DNA of 64,000 nt from an uncultured bacterium (GCA_964619725.1 CAZUFC010000028.1:1-64000); one strand, 5' to 3'; numbered from the stretch's first letter, positions 46,851 through 56,290 are shown. The notes: generated from the sequence alone by a model not told the origin. Numbers and translations are program-made.

Positions 46851-48119
46851 CTATTCACCCCAGGTAAATCCCCAACTGCCTAAATTTCCTACCATATCAT
46901 TCACGCCCGGATCGGTTATCGCCCCATAAAAGGTCGCTTCGCCGGTTCCTGCTCCGCCGGGCCAGTAAAACTCCCCGATAATCCTGTAAGTCGACTCGCC
47001 CACCGGTATAACCGGGTAAATCGACCGGTAATCATCCAGGCTTTCCGTGAACGACGGACCGAAAAAATAACTCCCGTAAACCTCCAGAATGATGAATAAC
47101 GGATAATTATCTAAAGCGTATCCCTCGCTGTTGCACACGATCGCATCCAAAAGACACCAGTCGTTCTGGTGATATTGAACGCAGGGCATCCATAACTGAA
47201 CGCCCGTTTCATAACAATCATGATACGTAGGAGACGGCGCAGGCGTATGAACCGGCGTCGGCGTCGGCGTTGACGTCGGACCGCTCGTCCATCCCGCCAT
47301 CCTCGCCATCATCCACCAGAACGCTCGCCCCTTTAAATTGCAGTTTAAAGGCTGAGAATGCGCGCAATCGCAATCCCAGCACAAATCTGAATCGGGGTGC
47401 TCCGCACACCACTCCTGAGCCCAGTTCCCGCCGTCGTAATTGCAATTGTCGTCCGCACCACGGTCCAAAAAATATTCTCCGTCAGGATCGTAACTCTCAA
47501 TGTCCGCAAAATCGAAAAGTATCTTGTTATGAGCGACGCAAAAATCTCGAATCTGATTATTGCGTATATGTAAATTCCCCCCTTCTCCGCTGCCGTCCAA
47601 ATGACCCGTCATATAAATGAATTGAACTCCCGGATAGTCGTTCTCCAATTCCGCCATGGCATTCAAATATATGTTTATACCCTCTTCAGTGTTGTCCGAT
47701 ACTCCACCGCACCACGACCACATCACGACATTCCTGTCATTACCGGGACTGTTCATCTGATCTCGCGTCATCTGTTCCCACGCCAGATCGCCGTTATGAC
47801 CTAAATCTCCGTATACCTCCTGATACGAAAGGGCCCCGCCGGAACCGGATTCATTAAAAGTGTAAGGATATCCGTAGTGTGACTGAAGATTCTCTATTCC
47901 CGTCGTTATCTGGCTGCCATGCGACGTATGACCGTACCATATCCTGAAATTTGTCCTTGCCGCATCGATATAACTTTGCGGAACTTCAGCGAGTCCTGTG
48001 CAGTTATGATCGATAACTAACGCCGATGCCCCTTCAAAGCCTGAAATTAATAATATTGATAATATTCCTGTAATTATTATGGTTTTCCCCCGACGATACC
48101 AATTAACTTTTCCTTTCAT
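46851..48119 (-). CDS. Secreted hypothetical protein (HTSHGSQ family) with PT linker and shared C-terminal domain
   Basis: Signal peptide; IIDH...YGHTSHGSQ...WSWCG...YMTGHLDG...FDFADIES...HSQPLNC; TPTPTP linker; GGAGG RBS before ATG 48119. Confidence 0.85.
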   Translation of the reverse strand: MKGKVNWYRRGKTIIITGILSILLISGFEGASALVIDHNCTGLAEVPQSYIDAARTNFRIWYGHTSHGSQITTGIENLQSHYGYPYTFNESGSGGALSYQEVYGDLGHNGDLAWEQMTRDQMNSPGNDRNVVMWSWCGGVSDNTEEGINIYLNAMAELENDYPGVQFIYMTGHLDGSGEGGNLHIRNNQIRDFCVAHNKILFDFADIESYDPDGEYFLDRGADDNCNYDGGNWAQEWCAEHPDSDLCWDCDCAHSQPLNCNLKGRAFWWMMARMAGWTSGPTSTPTPTPVHTPAPSPTYHDCYETGVQLWMPCVQYHQNDWCLLDAIVCNSEGYALDNYPLFIILEVYGSYFFGPSFTESLDDYRSIYPVIPVGESTYRIIGEFYWPGGAGTGEATFYGAITDPGVNDMVGNLGSWGFTWGE

Positions 48120-48444
48120 GACTCCTCCCAAATATTAAAGTTTTACTTTATATTTCTTGCCGGGTGAAAAAGGAACCGGCTTCCGGCGGCGGCAATTGGG
48201 TTGACCGACAGAGATTTGATGCTGAGAGGGACCCGTCTTGTCAAGGATTCTCAGCAGGACCGGCTTTTTTTTCATTCCCGAGAAATATCAAACCGAACTG
48301 TTGAACGGCGCCTGGTGAAGATTTACTTCGGACGTGCAAGGAATTTTGAACGCCCGGCATTCCCTGTCATCATATTAATCAAATTTCAGGAAGACTTCAA
48401 GAATCAATTTTAAGAGCGATGAATCTAAATAAGGGGGTGATGAA

Positions 48445-50109
48445 ATGCAAAAGAAATATTTATTTTTTTTGATATTGGCGGCGGTTTTGACGTGGAATGT
48501 TAAGGCGCCTTGTGAAGCCAACGTGCGGTTCGATTCCTGGACGACGGGTCCGGTAATATATCCTGGATTTGGAGGAGCTTATGATGCAGGGTCAGCGCTT
48601 GACCCTGAGATATACTGGGATGGAGATGAATTTCGCCTGTATTACACGGCGGTTGATGCTGCAGGAAGGCATCACATTGCACTGGCGCTGTCGCCGGATG
48701 CATTGACGTGGAGGCCGTATGGGATTGTCTTTAAGGGCGGTGAGGAAGGATTTGACGCAGGCGGCGTATCCGACCCGGCGATAGTAAGAGCAGAGGAAGG
48801 GTTCAGACTTTACTACACCGGGCATTCAATTTCTGAGACGTTATCTGTCGGTTTAGTGGAATCTCCTGACGGTTATTGGTTTTCCAGAAACACGGGTAAA
48901 CCCCGAAGAGTATTATCGGGATCAGGCAATCCTGGGCTTTTCGATGAGACGGGAGCGAGCAATCCTTCGGTATTGTTAAGAAACGGAGTGTTCATGATGA
49001 TGTATCAGGGACACGACGGAACAGTGTGGAAGCGTTTGGGATTAGCTATATCTCAGGATGGCGAGAGCTTTTTAAAGATTCAGGGTGATGAAGGAAAAGG
49101 CGCGGTATTCGGATTGGGGCCGCATGGGTTCGATGATGCCGGGGCTTTGGCTCCAGAATTGTGGTCGATTGATGATGATGTTCGGATGTTTTATACAAGT
49201 CTCCATTACTGACTGGCCAGCCCGATGTATCGCATAGGTTATGCGACGAACGGATTCTTTGATTGGATCAGAAGAGGCCCTACCGTGGAAACGGGCCATT
49301 TGCCGGGATGGGATCAGATGCACGTAAGATCGCCGTCGGTTTTTTCCATTATGGGATTCACGCTTCTCGCCTATGAAGGTTGGGATGAATCCGGACCCAC
49401 TGGAATAGGTTTTGCCCTGGGTCGGGAACGCTGGTTGATTCCTTCGGAAAGTGAATTATATTTCTACTCAAAACAGGGGTACGATGCGCCTTCGCAGGAA
49501 ATTGAAGTGCACAACAGAGGTTTGGGTCCGTTATCGATAAGTGAGATTCAATTACCTGAGTCAGGTTTTCAGGTTTCTGTTCCCGATACGCCGTTAACAT
49601 TGGAGTCAGATGAAAAAACCGTTATTGAGGTCCTGTTCGAACCGGATAATTTCGGCTCCTATGAAGATGAAATGGTAATTTTGAGCAACGATCCGCTGGA
49701 GAGCAGGATACTCCTTGAACTGCAAGGGTATTATTCGAATATTTCCTCAGCCGATGAATTAAATTTGAACCTCAACATGCCCGCCGATTTCTATAATCCA
49801 TCGGACTATTTCTATCTGGATATTACTGTTGAAAACTCAACGCCGATACCCATTACCGATCAGCGTCTGTTCGTGATATTGGAAATTGACGGAAATTACT
49901 GGTTTGCTCCTGAATGGCAGGCTGAACCCGGCATAGCCTCCTGGTATGAAATCGCTATTGAACCGGGCATTCAAACGATAAACGTTATTCCTCAATCGAG
50001 CTGGCCGGAAACTACAACGTCGCTTGATGCCGTTTTTTACGCCGGCATTACTGATCCGAAAGCTGAACGACTGTTGAGCAACGTGGCGAAATGGGAATTC
50101 GGTTGGTAA
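48445..50109 (+). CDS. Secreted five-bladed beta-propeller glycosidase-like protein with Ig-like and shared C-terminal domains; in-frame TGA at 49210-49212 (candidate selenocysteine)
   Basis: ORFs 48445..49212 and 49225..50109 are in the same frame, separated only by one TGA; five D-x5-P...Y..G..I-G-hA blade repeats run across the stop. Confidence 0.75.
49222..49253 (+). promoter_or_regulatory. Putative bacterial SECIS element
   Basis: TCGCATA-GGT-TATGCGA perfect 7-bp stem (49230-49246) with a G-first apical loop 24 nt after the TGA; lower CCG/CGG pairing. Confidence 0.6.
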
Positions 50110-50185
50110 GGTTGATTCAACGAAATTCGAAGCGCCTGTCCGCCATTGGAAGCCGAGTAAAAATAAGATCGTGGACAGGCGCCGA

Positions 50186-50914
50186 CTACATTCGTTTCCA
50201 GGCCTCAAAGGCTTCGGATATTCTTTCAAATAAGAATTCAACGGCTTTTTCCATGAAAATTTCCGCTTTTTTCTCATCAAAGTCCGGTTTTATTGATTTC
50301 TCGTCATAAAGCAGAACAGTGCCGGGATGAGGGTAGGCTACGATTCCCTTTTTCGGTGAATAACAAGAGATATCATCATATTTTTCTTTTTTAACCAGCT
50401 CTGGTCTGTAAGCGAGAATGACGGCAGTTTCTTCGCAGGCTGCATGACCGCCTTTTCCTTCATATACGGCTGCAACGGCATCGTCAACTGCGTCCCACCA
50501 GTGAACGACGATAACGCGTGCGTTTTTGTCTTTCATAATGTTCAAAGCGGCCCAATTAAGGGCTTCGACGTTGCCTCCGTGGCCGTTGACCAGGACGAAT
50601 TCACGAAATCCCGCCTCTATAAATGATTCAAGCAGTTCCAGTACGAAATTATTATACGTTTCCTTTTTAAAGGTTGAGGCTCCTTTATAACGAAACAGTC
50701 CGTTGGTGACGCCGTATGAAAGCACGGGGGCAGACATTATTGAAAAGCGCTCAGCGATTTTATCCGAAAAAGCTTGAGCACAGAAGCCGTCTGTTCCCAT
50801 GGGCAAATGCCGTCCATGAGCTTCCAGGGTCCCGAAAGGAATCGCAATGGCTTGTTTTTTTTCGAGATATTCTGACGTTTCCTGCTGTGTGAGTTCATCC
50901 AATCGAAGAATCAT
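50186..50914 (-). CDS. Creatininase family protein
   Basis: PFGTLEAHGRHLPMGTD, VNGHGGN, HAACEET. Confidence 0.92.
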   Translation of the reverse strand: MILRLDELTQQETSEYLEKKQAIAIPFGTLEAHGRHLPMGTDGFCAQAFSDKIAERFSIMSAPVLSYGVTNGLFRYKGASTFKKETYNNFVLELLESFIEAGFREFVLVNGHGGNVEALNWAALNIMKDKNARVIVVHWWDAVDDAVAAVYEGKGGHAACEETAVILAYRPELVKKEKYDDISCYSPKKGIVAYPHPGTVLLYDEKSIKPDFDEKKAEIFMEKAVEFLFERISEAFEAWKRM

Positions 50915-50995
50915 AATAGCCCTCCATGCTATAAAAATTCTGAATCGGAAATCAAACGCCGAGGAGACCCATCAAATCTTTCCCAGCGAATCGTA

Positions 50996-51033
50996 ATAAA
51001 AAGCGACATGCGCTGCTGCACAGCGCATGTCGC
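50996..51033 (-). terminator. Intrinsic terminator after the papain-like gene
   Basis: Perfect 13-bp inverted repeat GCGACATGCGCTG-N5-CAGCGCATGTCGC (51003-51033) followed on the minus strand by TTTTTATT. Confidence 0.8.
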
Positions 51034-51090
51034 ATTATGTTCATACGTCTGCTTCCCGTTTCAAGGGAAGCGCAACGGTTCAGGCGACCT

Positions 51091-53181
51091 TTAGAAGTAT
51101 TCGGTGTCAGTTCCCCCGCAGTCGCTCCTGACCTCGACGAAAACCGGCATCGGAGACCATGTTTCCTTTAATACGTAAAGGTCTTTACTCGCCCTGTAAG
51201 TCATTTCGCCAACATAATCTTCACCGTTCGCCCATACCGTCAGCGTAGCCCCAGCTTCGTCGCATACCGCGCTGACTCTCAAGCTGTTCCAGAGTGCGAA
51301 ATAGGCGATGCGATCAACATCAACAGTGCAATCCTGCGGATCGGGAGTCGGAGAAGGCGTCGGCGTCGGCGTGTTGGGCGGCTGTGTCGGAGTGGCCGTG
51401 GGATCGCCTCCGGGGACTCCCACCAGTTTGAACTCGTCTATGTTCCAACCTCCAAAAACTACTCCTCCGTCGGAAATCATTTCGAACTTGACCGTGACGT
51501 CGGGATTGTCGTCCGCTATGGAAGAAATATCCAGATCAATGGCGTGCCATGAAGTATCCACCAGGTCCGCGTTATAAGGATTCGTCCAGACCTGCTGATC
51601 GTTGACTAAAATGTTGGCGTGATCATATTGCCCTTTTTCCACCGTCAGCCATCTCATGAATTGCAGATGCACGTTCGAGTATCCGGAACAGTTGATCGAA
51701 GGCGATTGCAAATAGTTGTGCACGTTGTTCTTGTAGTTGCCGTCCCATCCGGAAGGCGCCAGATCGTTACCCCACATTTTGCTGCCCATATAGGCTGATC
51801 CCGGATCATAATTGTTGGCCCCGGTCGGACTGCCTCTCTGCCAGTCATCCTGAGTGTATACCTCATAATGGGTCCAACCGTCGTCGCCGGCCGCTTCAAA
51901 CCCGTTGTAATAAATCTCCGGAGGCTGTCCTACAGTTATGCTGAACGATCCGTACCATTCCCCCTCATTACTGTTGAGCCTCAACATGAAGGGTATTTTC
52001 GTTCCGATCTCTATCGAATCGTCGAAAGTCATATTGAAATGCGGCGATAATGATGTTCTCGCTTCTCCTCCAGGAATATCAGGAAATACCGAGTGATTAT
52101 CGTTAAGCGCAACATTCTGGTTGAAACAGAAAACCCCGGCGCTCACGCCAGTGGCTGCTGAATTTCCTGAATTATACAAATCCATCGTCAAGGTGATGGT
52201 TGCGCCAGGATCAGCATTGCCCTGCACGTCATGCCCCGCGTAAAGCAGTTCCACGGTCGGTCCTGACGGCGTGTAATACAGTTTGCACGCAGCGTATCCG
52301 ATCTGACACGAACCGTATTTGATCCTGAAGAATCCGTTTTCACCCCAGCCTGCTCCCCAACTGTTCTTGACGATCCAGGCGCCCTGGCCGCTGCAATCGT
52401 TGTCGTCCCATCCGACTATCATTACCGCATGATTCACGCTGCTTGAACCCGTGTGAGAATAGCATCCGCCCGAATAGTATGAAAAATCCGAATATACTGT
52501 CATCGCACAAGGAACCGGACCGTAATTCATCACAGCATCCTTAATTGAATTAACGCTCGTGTTGATGTATTCCCAACCGTCAAGACTCGCCAGTATGTCG
52601 CATTGATCCTGGATACACTGCACATAATCGCTCGCCTGATAAGGCATGCAGGATTCCCCTACCGAACCCGGATTCACCAGCAGGTTCAATGCATCCATCC
52701 AACCGCCGTTGCAGCCGTAACCGTAATTGTTGCACGATACCATCTGCTGCTCCGATAAATCAGGCGTCCAACCGTCATAAATCATCACCATGGATTCTAA
52801 TCCGGCCAATGTTCCGAATGCCCAGCAACTTCCGCAGTTGCCCTGTGCCTTCACCGGAGATACTCCGTTCATCGTTCGCCAGTCGAAAGATGACGGATAT
52901 GACTTGGTGTTCACCGCCGGATCAATCGGCGGCTCTACATAATCCTTCGGCGGTATTAATCCGCAACGATTCATGAATTCATCTAAAGGAAGCGCCGACA
53001 TCGACGTCTCACCCGCTGTCCAATCCAGTCCTTCTCGCTCAATTCGCTCCTGTACATCCTCCAGTTCCATGTCATGCGCTTCCCGATCAAAAACGGGCAT
53101 CGCTTTCGTCGGCCCGCCAATCAATAAAATTATTCCTAATGTAACTACTCCAAGAAACCCTAATGACCTTTTCAAATTCAT
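51091..53181 (-). CDS. Secreted papain-family (C1A) cysteine protease with accessory domains
   Basis: Propeptide WTAGET; FDWR; QGNCGSCWAF; NHAV; KNSWG; then Ig-like and jelly-roll (GGWNID) domains and a PT linker; GGAGG RBS before ATG 53181. Confidence 0.93.
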   Translation of the reverse strand: MNLKRSLGFLGVVTLGIILLIGGPTKAMPVFDREAHDMELEDVQERIEREGLDWTAGETSMSALPLDEFMNRCGLIPPKDYVEPPIDPAVNTKSYPSSFDWRTMNGVSPVKAQGNCGSCWAFGTLAGLESMVMIYDGWTPDLSEQQMVSCNNYGYGCNGGWMDALNLLVNPGSVGESCMPYQASDYVQCIQDQCDILASLDGWEYINTSVNSIKDAVMNYGPVPCAMTVYSDFSYYSGGCYSHTGSSSVNHAVMIVGWDDNDCSGQGAWIVKNSWGAGWGENGFFRIKYGSCQIGYAACKLYYTPSGPTVELLYAGHDVQGNADPGATITLTMDLYNSGNSAATGVSAGVFCFNQNVALNDNHSVFPDIPGGEARTSLSPHFNMTFDDSIEIGTKIPFMLRLNSNEGEWYGSFSITVGQPPEIYYNGFEAAGDDGWTHYEVYTQDDWQRGSPTGANNYDPGSAYMGSKMWGNDLAPSGWDGNYKNNVHNYLQSPSINCSGYSNVHLQFMRWLTVEKGQYDHANILVNDQQVWTNPYNADLVDTSWHAIDLDISSIADDNPDVTVKFEMISDGGVVFGGWNIDEFKLVGVPGGDPTATPTQPPNTPTPTPSPTPDPQDCTVDVDRIAYFALWNSLRVSAVCDEAGATLTVWANGEDYVGEMTYRASKDLYVLKETWSPMPVFVEVRSDCGGTDTEYF

Positions 53182-53540
53182 TTTACCTCCTTTGGACTCC
53201 ACCATTAATTCAGTGGCCCAGCTACATTATATAGCAAAATATCTGCCGATTTCCAAAAATTGAGGAATTTTTTTTAATCTATTGCAAACAAAGCCTTTTA
53301 TGAAAAAACGCCGTTTCTTATACGGCTGATTTCCGTAAAAAAAATCGAATCGTCATGCAAAAAATGCATTGATTTTCCATTTTATCGCGTGTTTAGCTGC
53401 CTTTGCCGTCAGAGGCGCCCGGACATTGCATGCAAAAGTTGCAGCCATGCGGGAGCGTTCTGATTCCTTGATATGAAATGCTTTTTGGGATAATTACCGA
53501 TTGATTCAATTTTCCTGAGCTCTTGTTGACGATTTATAAC

Positions 53541-53569
53541 TTGTGAATCGCCGCGACAGAGATTATAAT
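53541..53569 (+). promoter_or_regulatory. Putative sigma-70 promoter of the rsbW/V/U-like operon
   Basis: TTGTGA-N17-TATAAT, 35 nt upstream of ATG 53605. Confidence 0.55.
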
Positions 53570-53604
53570 GATAAGGAGAAATCGAACTTCGGCGTTTTAA
53601 GTGC

Positions 53605-54066
53605 ATGAAGAAACAAACAAAGAAACCTAACGAAATAGTGATGACGATTCCAATGAAGCAAAATCTGGAGCTTACGGGTTCACTGATGGCTGCAGTGATT
53701 GCGGAGTCTATGGATTTCAGCGACGACCAGGTCGATGAGATGAAGATAGCGGTCATAGAGGGATGTTTAAATGCTTTTGAGCACAGCGGGAGTCGGGACC
53801 ACAAGGTGAATTTGCGTTTTATCATGAAAGAGGGTGAATTGCAGATAATAATCCAGGATCACGGTAAAGGCGGCGAGGCCAAGGATTTTCAATCTGATCG
53901 CATTGCATTTCAGTCGGGCAAGCTGAAGAAAAGGGGATGGGGATTAACGCTGATATCGGAGTTAATGGATGGTGTCAGGATTTATTCCGGATCAAGAGGC
54001 ACGACATTAATCATGGTAAAAAAAACTCAAAACGGTATGGAGGAATCAAGGAATGCAGACGCCTGA
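53605..54066 (+). CDS. RsbW/SpoIIAB-like anti-sigma factor kinase (HATPase_c_2)
   Basis: KIAVIEGCLNAFEH, DHGKG, RGWGLTLISELMD. Confidence 0.9.
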   Translation: MKKQTKKPNEIVMTIPMKQNLELTGSLMAAVIAESMDFSDDQVDEMKIAVIEGCLNAFEHSGSRDHKVNLRFIMKEGELQIIIQDHGKGGEAKDFQSDRIAFQSGKLKKRGWGLTLISELMDGVRIYSGSRGTTLIMVKKTQNGMEESRNADA

Positions 54067-54430
54067 GCTTTCGGTCCTGAAACAGGATTCTTTGGTGATT
54101 CTTGAAACTCATGGATACATCAACAATTTAGCCGGCGAGAAGATAGCGGAAAAGTGCTTTGAGTTGACGGATAAAGGATATAAGAATTTCATATTAGACC
54201 TGGCAGATTCGAAGGTTGTAAACAGCATCGGGATATCGATATTAATTGAAATAATTGAAAAAATCATAGAGATAGAGGGCAAGCTGTCTTTTTGCAATCT
54301 GACGCCGACGATTGACAAGACGTTTCGGATCATGGGTTTATTCCAGTTTACGAGAGCTTTTCCTTCAAGAGAAGAAGCATTGGCGGCCTTTGAATCGGAA
54401 ATCAGCGGGCAGAATAATTCTTCTCCATAG
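54053..54430 (+). CDS. STAS-domain anti-anti-sigma factor (RsbV-like)
   Basis: FILDL...VNSIGISIL, F.IMGL, REEAL; overlaps the upstream kinase gene. Confidence 0.88.
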   Translation: MQTPELSVLKQDSLVILETHGYINNLAGEKIAEKCFELTDKGYKNFILDLADSKVVNSIGISILIEIIEKIIEIEGKLSFCNLTPTIDKTFRIMGLFQFTRAFPSREEALAAFESEISGQNNSSP

Positions 54431-54509
54431 GCCAGGGGTTTTGATAAACGGCTGCGGGAAATTCTTTTATCTCTTATTTTAACGTTGACATCACTGATTG
54501 CATTGAGTC

Positions 54510-56282
54510 ATGGATGAATTCCAGGAAAAATTAAGGATAATACTGAGTTCAATCGAAGAGATGTCTGAGGCGTCTCATTTTGCCGGCAACATAAAGAAAT
54601 CGGGGCGATATTTGCTTCGATTGCTGCTGGGGACGATAGCATCGCCTCGCGGCGCCATCCTGGTGCGTTTTTTACAATCGAATGAAATTCGTCCTCATGT
54701 AATGGTGGGTATGAACAAAGAGGCTGATTTTCGTTTACAGCCCGAAAAAGAGGTAACCGACTATTATATTAAGAATCCATTTCCGCATGCTATCGCTTCT
54801 CCCCCTGCAACGACAGCCCATTTTTTCGATTCAGTCAATTCGGATTGGAATCGACTGGGATTAACGTTAGTACAACCGATGACAGCGAGAATGGAATTCA
54901 TCGGTTTCGTATGTCTTGGAGACAAGATATCGAATGAATGTTACAATGAGTCGGATTATGAATTGATACGATTATTGAGTCACCCTATCACGAATGCGTA
55001 TTTTCAGCACATGACGATGCAGAAGATGCAGAAGAACCGGTTTGAATTGAATCGGAAGGTTCTGGAGATGGAGACGTTATACGAGGTGGGATTGGCGATT
55101 AATTCTTTGAGAGATATTGACTCATTGATGGAGGAGGTACTGGTCCGATCGACGAGTCTACTTGATGCCAGGCATGGATTGCTGGTATTACGAGAATCGA
55201 GCAATTCACATTTCAGTCTGTTACGATCTTTCGGGATAGACATGGAATCTGAAAGCGAGAAGCTGCCTTCAAACGTTAAAGATTTTCTGGGAGCCATAAA
55301 GGATAAAAGCGTCGAAGAAATCGAATCGCCCGAAGAAATTATCGAAAAATTGAAGGGCAAGCGCTTGTTGATCGTTCCTCTCCGGTTTGAATCCAAGTTA
55401 CTGGGATTCTTATGTGTTTGCGACAAAGAGGAGCGTCACGGCGGAGTAAGCGATTTTTCTGCGGCGGACGAAAGGTTATTGAGTGCATTCGCTAATCTGG
55501 CTTCGGTGGCGTTGGAGAACACCAGGCTTCAGAGGGAGGCCATTGAGAAGGAGCGACTGGCGCGAGAAATGGAGCTGGCTGCAGAAATACAGAAGGAGTT
55601 GTTGCCGGAGAGCGTACCGAAGATAGAGGGTTATTCTGCGGCGGTAAAGACTATTCAGAGCCTCCAGGTAGGGGGAGATTTTTACGATGTTCTGGATATA
55701 GGCGAAGGCCGAGTAGTCTTTGCAATTGCAGACGTAACGGGAAAAGGAGTGCCTGCAGGTCTTCTGGTTTCCACTCTGCATGCCGGACTGCACCTGTCTC
55801 GCCCGCACCTGGGCACACCTGTAAAAGCGGTATCCGAATTAAACAGGCTGATATACGAGGCATCCAAAAGCAACAAATTCATAAGCATGGCGCTGGCGTT
55901 GCTTGATACCGAAAAACATACCCTGACTTACGTCAACGCCGGGCACAATCATCCGATTTTAATCTCAGACAACAATGAATCCCGGGAACTCGGCACAGGA
56001 GGATTAATACTCGGAGTCATGCCCGACTGGGAGTATAAATCGGAAACCATCCCCATAAACAAGGGCGACGTGATCGTTTTCTTTACGGATGGATTAGCGG
56101 AAGCCCGCAACCCGGAGGGAGAGGAATTCGGCAACGCCAGAATTCTGGAAGCGGTGAACAAGCGACGGGAACTGGACAGTCGCCGCATACTCGAAGAAAC
56201 ATACCAGGAGCGTCATTCCTTTACATGCTTTGCGCCGCTGGCGGACGACACGACAATAATGATACTGAAAAGAGAAAAATAA
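54510..56282 (+). CDS. GAF-GAF-PP2C (SpoIIE/RsbU-like) phosphatase
   Basis: AAEIQKELLP, VGGDFYD, ADVTGKG, NAGH, FTDGLAE, DDTT. Confidence 0.93.
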   Translation: MDEFQEKLRIILSSIEEMSEASHFAGNIKKSGRYLLRLLLGTIASPRGAILVRFLQSNEIRPHVMVGMNKEADFRLQPEKEVTDYYIKNPFPHAIASPPATTAHFFDSVNSDWNRLGLTLVQPMTARMEFIGFVCLGDKISNECYNESDYELIRLLSHPITNAYFQHMTMQKMQKNRFELNRKVLEMETLYEVGLAINSLRDIDSLMEEVLVRSTSLLDARHGLLVLRESSNSHFSLLRSFGIDMESESEKLPSNVKDFLGAIKDKSVEEIESPEEIIEKLKGKRLLIVPLRFESKLLGFLCVCDKEERHGGVSDFSAADERLLSAFANLASVALENTRLQREAIEKERLAREMELAAEIQKELLPESVPKIEGYSAAVKTIQSLQVGGDFYDVLDIGEGRVVFAIADVTGKGVPAGLLVSTLHAGLHLSRPHLGTPVKAVSELNRLIYEASKSNKFISMALALLDTEKHTLTYVNAGHNHPILISDNNESRELGTGGLILGVMPDWEYKSETIPINKGDVIVFFTDGLAEARNPEGEEFGNARILEAVNKRRELDSRRILEETYQERHSFTCFAPLADDTTIMILKREK

Positions 56283-56290
56283 TTCCGGGA

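Noticed and set aside
49210-49212. Genome-wide TGA reassignment (code 4 or 25) as the explanation for the in-frame TGA
   Set aside because: Conserved genes such as lptB, der and manC end at TGA at their expected lengths, and long genes have no internal TGA.
47250-51400. GTCGGCGTCGGCGT repeats near 47256 and 51359 as mobile-element ends
   Set aside because: They encode Pro-Thr linkers of two secreted proteins.
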